Part shown: one piece after another, positions 18,564 to 28,352 of the stretch | How the letters are laid out: every line of letters begins with the position of its first letter | Numbering within the stretch: the stretch's first letter is position 1 | NCBI GenBank assembly: GCA_043814545.1 | Contig: JBDRJY010000014.1 | Location: 7,617 to 71,616 of the forward strand | DNA from: an archaeon | GTDB lineage: Archaea; Nanobdellota; Nanobdellia; SCGC-AAA011-G17; GW2011-AR17 | DNA length: 64,000 nucleotides | Direction: 5' to 3' | Translations under genes and position numbers: made by a program | Notes under the pieces: model-generated | Database searches by the model: none | What the model saw: the letters and a program-made list of their open reading frames with translations, nothing else | What the model was told of the DNA's origin: nothing

Positions 18564-19505
18564 TTAAGCTGATAATTCAGCATCAATAATTTCTTGGAAC
18601 GCACTCAACGGTTGTGCACCTACCAACGATATTCCGTTAATGAAAAATGCTGGCGTGCCAGAAACACCGTTACTTTGACCAATACCCATTTGTGCTGAAA
18701 CTGTATCAGCCATAGTATCTTCGTCAAGACAAGTGTTAAACGCTTCAGTGTCTAATCTCAATGCTTCAGCAGAAGATTTCAAACTGTCGACATCCAATGC
18801 ACCTTGGTCAGCAAACAATACATCATGGTATTCCCAGAACATTCCTTGCTCGTTTGCACAAAGTGAAGCTTCAGCAGCTTTCTGCGCATTAGCGTGGAAA
18901 CTTAACGGGAATTGCATGAAGACTACTCCAACTTCGTCATAAGCTTCAAGGACTTCCTCAATTGTTGTTGCACCTCTTGCACAGTATGGACATTCAAAGT
19001 CTGAAAATTCTATAATCAGAACTTCGCCGTCAGGGTTACCTCTTACAGTTAAACCAGTTGTATCAATTTCAACACGTTCAACTTCAGTAGGTTCAGTCTC
19101 GTCAGGGATATTAATGCCATTTGTCGTGTCTAAGACTGTCGGCATAAGCATTTTTCCATCTTTTGTAACATAAGATGTAAACTCTTTGCCACTAACAGTA
19201 ATTTTTAGTTTGTACATTCCGTATTCTTCGCTTACATCATTCAATTCTGCTTCAGCTAATCCACCTAACAAATTAATGTTAATATAATCCATTGTATCTT
19301 CTATAATTTGATCCTGGCTACCACTTGGTAAGGAAAAGGATCCGCCTAACACTACTGAGAAGACCAATAAAACTAATAATACACCTGTAGCAATTTGCCA
19401 TGGTAAAGCGTTTTTTGCAGAACGTAAAAATTTAACTTTATTTTTATGTTCTTTTAGAACTTCGTTTTTATGTTCACTCATATATTTCGCCTCCAATATA
19501 AACAA
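18564..19505 (-). CDS. Membrane-anchored thiol:disulfide oxidoreductase, DsbA-like thioredoxin fold, with N-terminal extracytoplasmic domain
   Basis: N-terminal TM. The FSDFECPYCARG CxxC active site sits in a DsbA-like context. Confidence 0.7.
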   Translation of the reverse strand: MFILEAKYMSEHKNEVLKEHKNKVKFLRSAKNALPWQIATGVLLVLLVFSVVLGGSFSLPSGSQDQIIEDTMDYININLLGGLAEAELNDVSEEYGMYKLKITVSGKEFTSYVTKDGKMLMPTVLDTTNGINIPDETEPTEVERVEIDTTGLTVRGNPDGEVLIIEFSDFECPYCARGATTIEEVLEAYDEVGVVFMQFPLSFHANAQKAAEASLCANEQGMFWEYHDVLFADQGALDVDSLKSSAEALRLDTEAFNTCLDEDTMADTVSAQMGIGQSNGVSGTPAFFINGISLVGAQPLSAFQEIIDAELSA

Positions 19506-19612
19506 GTGATTTGAATTTTTTGTAATATATAAAGTTTTATGTAATAAATACTATCCTCGGTTGCAGGCAAAAAATATATAAACTCTAACCAAAACTTTAA
19601 ACTGGTTAAAAA

Positions 19613-22000
19613 ATGGCTGAAATCAAGGATAAACGTTGGAGCAAAGAGTTAGAACAAGAAATTTATGAAAAATGGAAAAAAGATAAAACTTATGAATTTA
19701 ATGAAAATACAAAAAAACCAATTTATTCTATTGATACTCCGCCACCTTATGTAAACAGTCCAGTACATATTGGGCAAGCAACAACTTACGCTTTAATGGA
19801 CATGTTTGCTCGTTTTAAAAGAATGACTGGTTTTGAAGTTTTGTTTCCTTTAGGTTTGGATAGGAACGGTTTGCCTATTGAAATGGCAGCTGAAAAAAAG
19901 TTTAAAATTAAATTAACCGAAACTCCTCGTAAAGAGTTTATTAAATATTGTTACAAAGTTCTTGAAGAATCTAGTGCAGCTTCAACTGAATCATTTTTGC
20001 GTTTAGGTTTAAGTTTTAATTCTTGGAAGTTAGGCGATAAAGCTGGTGATGTTTACCATACTGATTCAGAGTCTTACAGAACTTTAACGCAAGAAACTTT
20101 TATTGACATGTGGAAAAAAGGTTTAATTTATGAAGATGAAAGAGTTAATAACTGGTGCCCAGGTTGCCAGACGACTGTTGCTGATTCTGAGATAGAGTAT
20201 AAAGATATTGAAACTTATTTTAATGATATTAAGTTTAAAGTTAAAGAATCAGGCGAAGAGATTATTATAGGTACAACAAGACCTGAACTAGTTTGCACTT
20301 GTGGCATAGTCATATTTAACCCTGAAGATGAAAGGTACAAAGAGCTTGAAGGTAAAACTGCAATCTCTCCGATCTTTGGGAAAGAAATTCCAATCAAAGC
20401 ACATCCTATGGCAGACATTGATAAAGGTACAGGCTTGGCAATGATGTGTTCGGCCGGTGACTTGACTGACATTAGATTTTTTCGTGAACAAAAGTTAGAA
20501 CCAGTTATTGCAATTAACCAAGACGGTACAATGAACAAGCATGCTGGTTTTTTGAAAGGTTTGAAAGTTAGGGAAGCTAGAAAAAAGATGATTGAAACTC
20601 TTCTAGAAAAAGACCTTCTTGTAAACAAGAAAAAAACTATACATCGTACACCTATTTGCGAGCGTAGTAAAGATGAAATTGAATTTATTTCAATGTCGGA
20701 ATTTTATGTTAAGCAAACTCATTACAAGTCTAAGATGAAACAAATGGCTAAAAAGTTAAACTTTTATTCTCCACAATCAAGACAAATCCTTTTAGACTGG
20801 ATTGAATCAGTTTCAATTGACTGGCCTATTTCCCGTCGAAGATACTACGCAACCGAGATACCGTTATGGTACTGTGAATGTGGCGAAGTTATTTTACCTC
20901 CTAAAGGAAAATATTACCAGCCTTGGAAAGAAGACCCGCCGATAAAAAAATGTCCTAAATGTGGTGGCACTAAATTTAAAGGAGAAGAAAGAGTTTTTGA
21001 CACTTGGTTTGACTCTTCAATCACACCGTTATACATTTTAAAATATTCTCGCGATAAAAAGTTTTTTGAAAAAGCTAAACCTTGCACATTACGTCCGCAG
21101 GGTAAAGAGATTATTCGAACATGGTTATATTATACATTGTTAAAATGTCATATGTTAACTGACGAATCTATTTTCTCTGACGTTTGGATAAATTATCATA
21201 TTGTCGACGAGAAAGGTCATAAAATGAGCAAATCTGTTGGCAACATTATTAATCCTAAAGAAATCTTAGACAAGTTAGGCGCAGAACCGTTTAGGTTATG
21301 GGCAGTTGTCGAAGGTAACTTAGAAAAAACAGATTTTAGATGTTCATTTGAACGTATAGAAGGTGCAGGAAAAACTTTGGTAAAATTATGGAACGTTGCA
21401 CGTTTCATTTCCCGTTTCCCGACGCCAAAAGGCGAACATAAATTAACGGATTTAGATAAATGGATAATTAACGAGATGAACGAGTTAACTGAATTTGCTA
21501 AACAACATTACGAGATTTACGATTTTCATAACCCTTCAACTAAAATAAAAAATTTCATTTGGGAAGCATTTTCTTCACATTATTTAGAGTTAGTTAAGAC
21601 AAGGGCTTACAATCCAGAAGGTAAATATTCTGATGAAGAACAAAACGGCGCATTGTACACTTTAAATTATTGTTTAGAGACAATCTTAAAACTTTGGGCA
21701 CCAGTATTACCTATGATGACTTACAAGTTGTACCAGGATTTACGAGGAGAAGATATACACGCTTGCGAATTCCCAACTTGCCATAAAAAGTTCGACAACT
21801 TACCTTTTACTACTGAAAACGTTTTCGAATTGAATTCATATGTTTGGAAATCTAAGAAAGATAACAGCTTGGCACTTAACGCTGAGGTTAAAACTTTAAC
21901 AATTCCTGAAAATTTAAAATCAGTTAAGAAAGATGTGCAGTTAACGCATAAGGTGCAAGAAATTGGTACAGGTAAAAAATTAAAATTAGAGTTTTTATAG
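19613..22000 (+). CDS. valS: Valine--tRNA ligase (archaeal type, compact)
   Basis: YSIDTPPPYVNSPVHIGQATTYALMDMFARFKRMTGFEVLFPLGLDRNGLPIE aligns closely with archaeal ValRS N-termini (HIGH region). The KMSKS motif is KMSKSVGN. The zinc/editing-proximal segment is CPKCGG...VFDTWFDSS. A TATA-like AAAATATATAAAC lies at 19573-19585. Confidence 0.8.
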   Translation: MAEIKDKRWSKELEQEIYEKWKKDKTYEFNENTKKPIYSIDTPPPYVNSPVHIGQATTYALMDMFARFKRMTGFEVLFPLGLDRNGLPIEMAAEKKFKIKLTETPRKEFIKYCYKVLEESSAASTESFLRLGLSFNSWKLGDKAGDVYHTDSESYRTLTQETFIDMWKKGLIYEDERVNNWCPGCQTTVADSEIEYKDIETYFNDIKFKVKESGEEIIIGTTRPELVCTCGIVIFNPEDERYKELEGKTAISPIFGKEIPIKAHPMADIDKGTGLAMMCSAGDLTDIRFFREQKLEPVIAINQDGTMNKHAGFLKGLKVREARKKMIETLLEKDLLVNKKKTIHRTPICERSKDEIEFISMSEFYVKQTHYKSKMKQMAKKLNFYSPQSRQILLDWIESVSIDWPISRRRYYATEIPLWYCECGEVILPPKGKYYQPWKEDPPIKKCPKCGGTKFKGEERVFDTWFDSSITPLYILKYSRDKKFFEKAKPCTLRPQGKEIIRTWLYYTLLKCHMLTDESIFSDVWINYHIVDEKGHKMSKSVGNIINPKEILDKLGAEPFRLWAVVEGNLEKTDFRCSFERIEGAGKTLVKLWNVARFISRFPTPKGEHKLTDLDKWIINEMNELTEFAKQHYEIYDFHNPSTKIKNFIWEAFSSHYLELVKTRAYNPEGKYSDEEQNGALYTLNYCLETILKLWAPVLPMMTYKLYQDLRGEDIHACEFPTCHKKFDNLPFTTENVFELNSYVWKSKKDNSLALNAEVKTLTIPENLKSVKKDVQLTHKVQEIGTGKKLKLEFL

Positions 22001-22036
22001 GAAGTTTTTTAAATCTCTTTTTCTATATATAACATA

Positions 22037-22741
22037 ATGAAAAGGGGCCAGGCTACTTTATTAATTCTATTCGGTTTAATTGTAGTTGTTCTGTTGGTTA
22101 GTACATATTATTTATTTTATCAAGTTGATGTTGTTGAAGAAGTTACTCAAACCATTGTTGAAACTGAACAACAGGAAGAAATTTTTTTAGAATTGGAAAA
22201 TTGTATTGAATTAGTTGTAGTGGATTCTTTGATTCAGATTGGCGAAAATGGTGGCCTTTATAACGAAATGAATTATTTAGCTAATGAAGGTATTAATAAC
22301 GTTCCTGACGAAACGGAATTAAATGAAGAATTTTTAGAATTTTTTGAAACTTATGTTCCATACTGTTTATACTACGTGGATTACCAAGATTATGAAATTG
22401 AAAGTGGCGATGTTAAATCCGATGTTACCCTAACTGACAATAGTGTTAAGTTAGAGATAACTTATCCTTTACAATTAACAGGAGAAAACTCGTTTAGTAT
22501 TGCTGAACCGTTTTACTACGAATATGATATTCCGTTAAAAACTTACCTTGATGTTGCTAACGAAATTGTGAATGAATATTTGGTTAATAATAGAATGTGT
22601 CTAAGCTGTATTTCAACTATTGGCACAGAAAACGATTTAAACATTAATATGTTGTTCGAGGAAGAAGGACAACTTATCATAATTGAAGATGAAAATGTCG
22701 ACTTTAGCGAGGGGGTGTACTATTTTGCGTTTATGGTTTAG
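22037..22741 (+). CDS. Type IV pilin-like protein with archaeal class III signal peptide (paralog of 42145-42897)
   Basis: N-terminus MKRGQ|ATLLILFGLIVVVLLV has a K/R-G-Q motif directly preceding a hydrophobic helix. There is clear full-length similarity to the 42145-42897 product, e.g. ...NRMCLSCISTIGTENDLNINMLFEEEG versus ...NKLCVSCITDITLDYNLEINFENLDEG. Confidence 0.55.
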   Translation: MKRGQATLLILFGLIVVVLLVSTYYLFYQVDVVEEVTQTIVETEQQEEIFLELENCIELVVVDSLIQIGENGGLYNEMNYLANEGINNVPDETELNEEFLEFFETYVPYCLYYVDYQDYEIESGDVKSDVTLTDNSVKLEITYPLQLTGENSFSIAEPFYYEYDIPLKTYLDVANEIVNEYLVNNRMCLSCISTIGTENDLNINMLFEEEGQLIIIEDENVDFSEGVYYFAFMV

Positions 22742-24707
22742 CTTTTTGCTTTTATTATTAATCGTCCCAGGGGTTTTTGCTGCTGAGTGTGACTTGGAAG
22801 AGTACGAGTATCAAGGCGAACTGGTTATGCGTTGCAATGTTAATGAAAATATTGAAATCTTAGGCAACGGGATATACCTTTCACCTGACGATACAGAAGT
22901 AAGAACAACTGGTAGTTACCCTTTCACGTTTCGTTTGTCTGAATCTATTCAAACTGAAGAAGGTTTTGAAATAGATGTAACAACTGTTGAAACAGAATGG
23001 GTTAAAGGAAATATTGGCGAAGACGGTATTTTTCAGGGTATATCTTTAGCCGACACTTTTATTTCTGATTATAACCTTCCAGAAAATTTTGAGTTTAGTT
23101 ATTATGTTGTTGATGACATATTTGAAATTGAACACTTTGATACGTTTGAAGGTTATGAGTACGAAGGCCATACGTTAAACATTGCTGAAGATGGGGTTAT
23201 AAAAATTCAAAATGTTGGCGGCGAATGGTTAATTTCTGGCTACAATTTTATGATTGACGACGTTCTTGTTAAAAGTTATAACTCTGCAACTTATGATGGG
23301 GTTAACGACAAATTTCTTTTTGATTTAGGCGGAGATTTTGAATATGCAGGAATAGATTTTTCGTCAGGGCAAGAATTTCAATTATTATCTTATGAAATTG
23401 ATGGTGTAAGCAGGGAAGATTTTCTTTATAATTTTTACCAGGGAGAACTTTTTACGAACGAAAACGATTATTTAATGTTATTAAATGAAGAAATCTCTCA
23501 AACAGAAATTGTACCTTTCATTTTAAACGGTGAAGGTTTAACTTTTGATGTTACATCAGACTCTCTTTTGTTTAACTTTGATGACCGAAACGATTATTTT
23601 AAGGGTGCTTTATCACAAGGTTCATTATTTTTTGAAGATTTAGGGACAGCACATGTTTACGGTAACGCAGAAATCCAAAACGGTCCGTACAAAACTTATT
23701 TTTATGAGGAAGGACGAACAGAAATGGAACTTCTGCAACGACCAGGTTATAATGTTTACAAAACCGGTTACGACATTGTCCCATTAAGTTTAGGTTATGT
23801 TAACGAAGATGGTTATGTTGAAGAAATTTTATACAAAGAATCTACTGCAAGTAGAGGGGTAGACAGTTTAACTGTTTCAACAGCTGAATTTTATGTTGGT
23901 GAAGATTACGTAACAGACGTTTCTGTAGAAACACTTTTAACGGAACCAGAAATTTCGACAGCGTTCTTAACTGATGAATCTTTTGAACCGTTGGAAGGTG
24001 AAGAACCAGAAGTAAGTTGTTTAGGTTTAAGTTTTGACGAATGCCTTTACAATCCGAAAGGCCACGGTTGTTTTTGGTCCGGCGGTTGTACAGAATGTAA
24101 TGTAATAATGTGCGAGATGTATAGTTCTCAGGAAGAATGTGTGAGAGACCCTTGTGGTTTTAACGATATCAGTTCAAAATGTTCGTTTGAAGGTGCGTGT
24201 ATGTCGGTAGATAGGATAGAAGATACTGTTGCAGCATCAGAGATTTTAGCTGTGGCAAATATATACAAGGAAGCTAGTGTCCATTACAGTCAAGGTAATT
24301 GGTTAATGGAAGAGCCAGAAGTGAACGGTTTAGATTGTTCAGGCTTTGCGCAAAAACCTTGGCACGAGTTGGGTGTAGCAATGCCGGCACGTGCGTCAAC
24401 ACAAGCAATGGTAACTCGGGATGATGGTACGACTGAAGTTAAAATGGAAAATTATTTTAACCATATTGAATGTAAAGATTTAAAACCTGCTGACATGCTA
24501 ATTTACCGTCCTAAACCAGGTGTTGAAAGGGATGGTCATGTAGTTTTGGTCAAAGAAAGTTATGGTAACAGTGGCGCAGTGATTATACATTCTAAAGGTG
24601 GAACAGGTGTTACTGAAGATTTTTTGATAGACGTTGAAAATGTTTATTCTCCTTTAGGGTTAGAGTTAAAGGATTGTTGGCGGCATAAGAGCGTTGTTTA
24701 TGAATAA
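22683..24707 (+). CDS. Large secreted Cys-rich protein with C-terminal NlpC/P60 cysteine peptidase domain
   Basis: Signal peptide present; an alternative in-frame TTG start at 22725 gives MRLWFSFLLLLLIVPGVFA|AEC. The C-terminus has NGLDCSGF (catalytic Cys), ...ADMLIYRP...DGHVVLV...AVIIHSKG (His triad region) and a Cys-rich linker. Overlaps the upstream pilin-like gene. Confidence 0.7.
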   Translation: MKMKMSTLARGCTILRLWFSFLLLLLIVPGVFAAECDLEEYEYQGELVMRCNVNENIEILGNGIYLSPDDTEVRTTGSYPFTFRLSESIQTEEGFEIDVTTVETEWVKGNIGEDGIFQGISLADTFISDYNLPENFEFSYYVVDDIFEIEHFDTFEGYEYEGHTLNIAEDGVIKIQNVGGEWLISGYNFMIDDVLVKSYNSATYDGVNDKFLFDLGGDFEYAGIDFSSGQEFQLLSYEIDGVSREDFLYNFYQGELFTNENDYLMLLNEEISQTEIVPFILNGEGLTFDVTSDSLLFNFDDRNDYFKGALSQGSLFFEDLGTAHVYGNAEIQNGPYKTYFYEEGRTEMELLQRPGYNVYKTGYDIVPLSLGYVNEDGYVEEILYKESTASRGVDSLTVSTAEFYVGEDYVTDVSVETLLTEPEISTAFLTDESFEPLEGEEPEVSCLGLSFDECLYNPKGHGCFWSGGCTECNVIMCEMYSSQEECVRDPCGFNDISSKCSFEGACMSVDRIEDTVAASEILAVANIYKEASVHYSQGNWLMEEPEVNGLDCSGFAQKPWHELGVAMPARASTQAMVTRDDGTTEVKMENYFNHIECKDLKPADMLIYRPKPGVERDGHVVLVKESYGNSGAVIIHSKGGTGVTEDFLIDVENVYSPLGLELKDCWRHKSVVYE

Positions 24708-25503
24708 AATGAAAAAAGTTTATAATATTTTATTAAAAGAGTATGGCCCTCAAGGCTGGTGGCCTATAATTGACAATAAGACACTGCTATGTGAATATGG
24801 GACTGGCGCACCAAAAAACGAATTGGAAGTATTAGAAATATGTATTGGTGCTATCTTAGCACAAGGAACACAATGGAAACCTAATGTTGTTACGTCTCTC
24901 CGTCAATTAAAGCTTGGCAGGGAACTTACAAAAGAAGAACAGGAGGTTATAAAAGAATTAGAGAAAGTATCTAAAAAAATATCCAAAAAGAGACAAAAAA
25001 CAATTCAAAATAATATATTGACCCAGAATACTAATTGGAACAATGTTGAAAAAGCATTAAAAAATTTAAGACCAATTACTGTTAACAGATTAGATAAAAT
25101 ATCTGAGAATGATTTAGATAAATTAATCAAACCTTCAGGATATTACAATCAAAAAGCTAAAAAAATTAAATTTTTTATAAAATTTTTAAAAGAAAAAAAT
25201 AAAATTAACAGGAAAAATCTTCTCGGTATTTGGGGCTTAGGCCCAGAGACTGTTGACTCAATTTTACTTTACGCTTATAATCAACCCTATTTCGTTATTG
25301 ACGCTTACACAAAAAGAATCTTTTCTCGTTTAGGTTACGAATATAAAACTTATGACGAATGGCAACAGTTTTTTCATGAAAACGTTAACAAAAAAATATA
25401 CAAAGAGTATCACGCATTATTAGTTGAACATGCAAAAAGATTTTGTACAACTAAACCAAAATGTAAAAAATGTTCGTTAAAAGAATTATGTCAATTCCGC
25501 TAA
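24694..25503 (+). CDS. HhH-GPD superfamily DNA glycosylase (endonuclease III-like) with inserted Lys-rich segment and C-terminal [4Fe-4S] Cys cluster
   Basis: ILAQGTQW and LLGIWGLGPETVDSILLYAY form the HhH-GPD region. CTTKPKCKKCSLKELC gives a C-x5-C-x2-C-x5-C cluster. Confidence 0.6.
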   Translation: MFMNKMKKVYNILLKEYGPQGWWPIIDNKTLLCEYGTGAPKNELEVLEICIGAILAQGTQWKPNVVTSLRQLKLGRELTKEEQEVIKELEKVSKKISKKRQKTIQNNILTQNTNWNNVEKALKNLRPITVNRLDKISENDLDKLIKPSGYYNQKAKKIKFFIKFLKEKNKINRKNLLGIWGLGPETVDSILLYAYNQPYFVIDAYTKRIFSRLGYEYKTYDEWQQFFHENVNKKIYKEYHALLVEHAKRFCTTKPKCKKCSLKELCQFR

Positions 25504-25504
25504 T

Positions 25505-26266
25505 TTACTTTTCTCTAATTTTTTTCAAAATAAAATATATTATTAGCAGTTGGATTAAAATTAATATTAAAATAATTAATAACAAATAATTGTATTCTTT
25601 TTGTTCAATAATTTCAAAAATATTTTCTGTTGACGCTTTTCCCCCGTCGTAAATTAATAAAATGTATAAGATATAATGTCCTACATCAATATCTTCAGGC
25701 AATGTAATTATTTTTATAAAATCTAAATTATTTCCTATAATCTTAGATTCTTTTTCTGTTAAAATAACATTATCATTTAAATCTATAATTGAATAATTTA
25801 ATGTTACGTTATTTGTTCCAGGTTCACCAAAGTTAGTTAATGATATGTTGATAAATAATATTTCGCTTAGACTAATTTTATTTTTAATTAGATTTGATTT
25901 TATATCAAATAGTGGTCCTTTAACAATACAGCTTTTATTTTCAATTGGCTTGTGTTTAGTTGTTTCACATTTATTTCTATCATGACAAATTCTTATCTCT
26001 TGATCATTATCACAATTTGCCCAATGTGTACAAGTCCAATTCTCTTGACATAGTAAGACGCGATTTAATATTCCGCTTCCGCGACCTGTAATTTCTTCTT
26101 CGATAGCTTCCCCAATTTCTTCTGTTGGCGCCGCTACAACTGTTAAAGAAACTTCACCAGTTGCCATGGCACTTATTTGATTATAAACAAAAAAACTGTT
26201 CATCGTTGTAATAATTAAGAAAACTATTATAAGAATCAATAAATTTTTATTTTTTAAATTATCCAT
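25505..26266 (-). CDS. Membrane-anchored surface protein (N-terminal TM/signal, Cys-containing ectodomain, C-terminal TM); last gene of the surface operon
   Basis: N-terminal hydrophobic segment and C-terminal YNYLLLIILILILIQLLIIYFILKKIREK. Confidence 0.4.
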   Translation of the reverse strand: MDNLKNKNLLILIIVFLIITTMNSFFVYNQISAMATGEVSLTVVAAPTEEIGEAIEEEITGRGSGILNRVLLCQENWTCTHWANCDNDQEIRICHDRNKCETTKHKPIENKSCIVKGPLFDIKSNLIKNKISLSEILFINISLTNFGEPGTNNVTLNYSIIDLNDNVILTEKESKIIGNNLDFIKIITLPEDIDVGHYILYILLIYDGGKASTENIFEIIEQKEYNYLLLIILILILIQLLIIYFILKKIREK

Positions 26267-26642
26267 TTTTAAAATTTATTTGTAATTTCCCTTCATATTC
26301 TCCATATGCTGCACTTTCAGGCACTGAAATTGAAACTTCGACAATTTTATTTTCATTTGGCATCATAACAAAATTATTTTCGGGTAATACAACCCAATGT
26401 TTTAATTTGCCTTTAGCCTTTAAATTAACATAAGAAATTTGATTAGAATTAGTAATGTTAACCATTCTAGTTCCAATACCTGCAGGTGTAATTGCCCCAA
26501 AATAAAGTGCATCATTATCAACATTAAATCCCGTATAATTTGCAACTGTTAAATACATGCCAATCTCATGATTTGGCGTATCTAAGGTAAGAAAAAAAAC
26601 TAAAGACGCAATTAAAATAACTAATATCAATTTAGCTTTCAT
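26259..26642 (-). CDS. Small secreted protein (signal peptide)
   Basis: Likely start is the MKAKLILVILIASLVFF Met within the tracked ORF 26259-26681. Tightly packed in the operon. Confidence 0.4.
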   Translation of the reverse strand: MKAKLILVILIASLVFFLTLDTPNHEIGMYLTVANYTGFNVDNDALYFGAITPAGIGTRMVNITNSNQISYVNLKAKGKLKHWVVLPENNFVMMPNENKIVEVSISVPESAAYGEYEGKLQINFKNG

Positions 26643-27762
26643 TTTTACGCCTCTTAAGCATTCTGTATACAAAAATTGCAATGATTATAATTAAAACTCC
26701 AATTATTACTAAATTCCAGGAGAAAATATTTCTTTTAACTTGAATTGGAATGTTTGTTTCCATTGATTTATCTGCAAAATATAAAGTTGTGTGTAAAATA
26801 TAATCACCTACATTAACATTAGTCGTATCCCAATAAGCGTTAAGATTTTTTTCTAATAAGGGCTTAAGTTCAATAGATTCAGTTTTTATTATCCCAATTT
26901 CTTGATTATTATCTAAGATTTGCAGTTCAGCATAAACATCTGTAATTTTTTCATTCCATAAACTTTTTAACGAAATTTCAATTTTATTAATTGTATTTAC
27001 TTGAAAGGCTGTAGGAACAATCTTGAGGATTTCAATAAGCAAATCTCCAATTTGGAAACTTTTTTCTGTTTCAATACTTTCTTCATCAAAATAAACTTTA
27101 GCTTTTACGATATATTCACCGGCGCTTAGATCTGTAGGTGTCCATTTTGTCGAAATTTCACCTGATTCTTTTGTATTAATTTTTATACTGTTTGTAGTTA
27201 ATATCGCAACTTCAGTACCATTAGAATCTGTAATTCTGATTGTTGCATCAACATTATTTAAATTTTCAGTACCTAAATTTTGTACGTCAAGTGTTATTTC
27301 TGTTTCTTTATTCAAATTAGTTTTTTCAATAGAAAGTTTAGTAGAAATATATTTTCCAGGGTAAGGGACAAGAATAAGAAACTGTGATTCTACGCCTGTA
27401 ACTGCTCCTACACCGCCTAAGTTTTCTGGAATAGCTTCTACAACACCTATTCTTGTATCATAAATTCCTGGTTTTTCAATGTTTTCAGGCAAATTAACTT
27501 CTACCACAAAACTTTTAATTTCGTTTTCGTTAAGCGTTGTTGAAGTTTCAGAAAGACTCACATATCCAGCTAACTCTCCTTTTGTATACATCTGAACAGT
27601 TGTCGGATTTTCTCTATTAATTATATTGTAAGTATATGTAGAATCTAAGTTTGGTTCAAAATTAACAGTGACGCGGCTGGGACTAATCCCTATAGCTAAT
27701 CCGCTTTTTGTAACTAATAAAATCAAAATTCCGAAGATTATAATTTTAATTATTTTGTTCAT
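26632..27762 (-). CDS. Cell-surface protein with CARDB/DUF11-like beta-sandwich repeats, signal peptide and C-terminal TM anchor with basic tail
   Basis: Signal peptide present. Repeated ...QNLGTENLNNVDATIRITDSNG... NxG-type motifs. C-terminal VIIGVLIIIIAIFVYRMLKRRKNES. Confidence 0.5.
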   Translation of the reverse strand: MNKIIKIIIFGILILLVTKSGLAIGISPSRVTVNFEPNLDSTYTYNIINRENPTTVQMYTKGELAGYVSLSETSTTLNENEIKSFVVEVNLPENIEKPGIYDTRIGVVEAIPENLGGVGAVTGVESQFLILVPYPGKYISTKLSIEKTNLNKETEITLDVQNLGTENLNNVDATIRITDSNGTEVAILTTNSIKINTKESGEISTKWTPTDLSAGEYIVKAKVYFDEESIETEKSFQIGDLLIEILKIVPTAFQVNTINKIEISLKSLWNEKITDVYAELQILDNNQEIGIIKTESIELKPLLEKNLNAYWDTTNVNVGDYILHTTLYFADKSMETNIPIQVKRNIFSWNLVIIGVLIIIIAIFVYRMLKRRKNES

Positions 27763-28352
27763 TATGATTCGTAAGCAGTGAACACTAAGTTTTCACTTTT
27801 TAATCCGGCTGGTTCATCGCCAGGAGGATTAATCAAAAGTTCAATCTGAACTTCGTCATTTGTGTCAACATAATTAAATTCGCAAACAGCTACTATTGGG
27901 TCAGTGCCAGGAACATTTGTCCATGTTATGGTGCTACAAGCAGGATTCCCCGGAACACCTTCACCAGCAACACTAGCAGCAAATTGAAAAGAACTTGTGT
28001 TATCTCCTCCACCAGTCCCGTTAAACAATGGCGTACTGTTTACATCTCTTGCGATTGTAAAATTAACTTCAACACTACCATCATTTCTTATTAAAAATGG
28101 GACAGGATTATTATCAGTAGTATTATCAGTCCCTCCAGCTGTAATATTTCCGAAATTAACATTATTTGTAACAAGAGTTATCTGTGCTACTTGTAACACA
28201 TTAACTTGTGCTATACCAACAGGCATACCTGTAATACTGTTGAAACCAGGTATATTCCAGTTAAAAATGAGAATAAAACCAACTAAAAGAATAATAAATA
28301 ATTCTATTCCAATCCTAATTTTGTTTTGTTTTGGCATTTCATAATTAATCAA
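27762..28352 (-). CDS. Small secreted Thr/Asn-rich protein, paralog family member 1 (conserved C-terminal ...EPAGLKSxxxxFTA motif)
   Basis: N-terminal hydrophobic segment after a charged n-region (..KQNKIRIG|IELFIILLVGF, possibly class III-like). The C-terminus GDEPAGLKSENLVFTAYES is shared with the 28349 and 31598 products. Confidence 0.5.
   Translation of the reverse strand: MINYEMPKQNKIRIGIELFIILLVGFILIFNWNIPGFNSITGMPVGIAQVNVLQVAQITLVTNNVNFGNITAGGTDNTTDNNPVPFLIRNDGSVEVNFTIARDVNSTPLFNGTGGGDNTSSFQFAASVAGEGVPGNPACSTITWTNVPGTDPIVAVCEFNYVDTNDEVQIELLINPPGDEPAGLKSENLVFTAYES

Noticed and set aside
20215-21408. Antisense ORFs within valS (20215-20628, 20288-20491 and 21217-21408)
   Set aside because: The opposite strand encodes ValRS with HIGH and KMSKS motifs.
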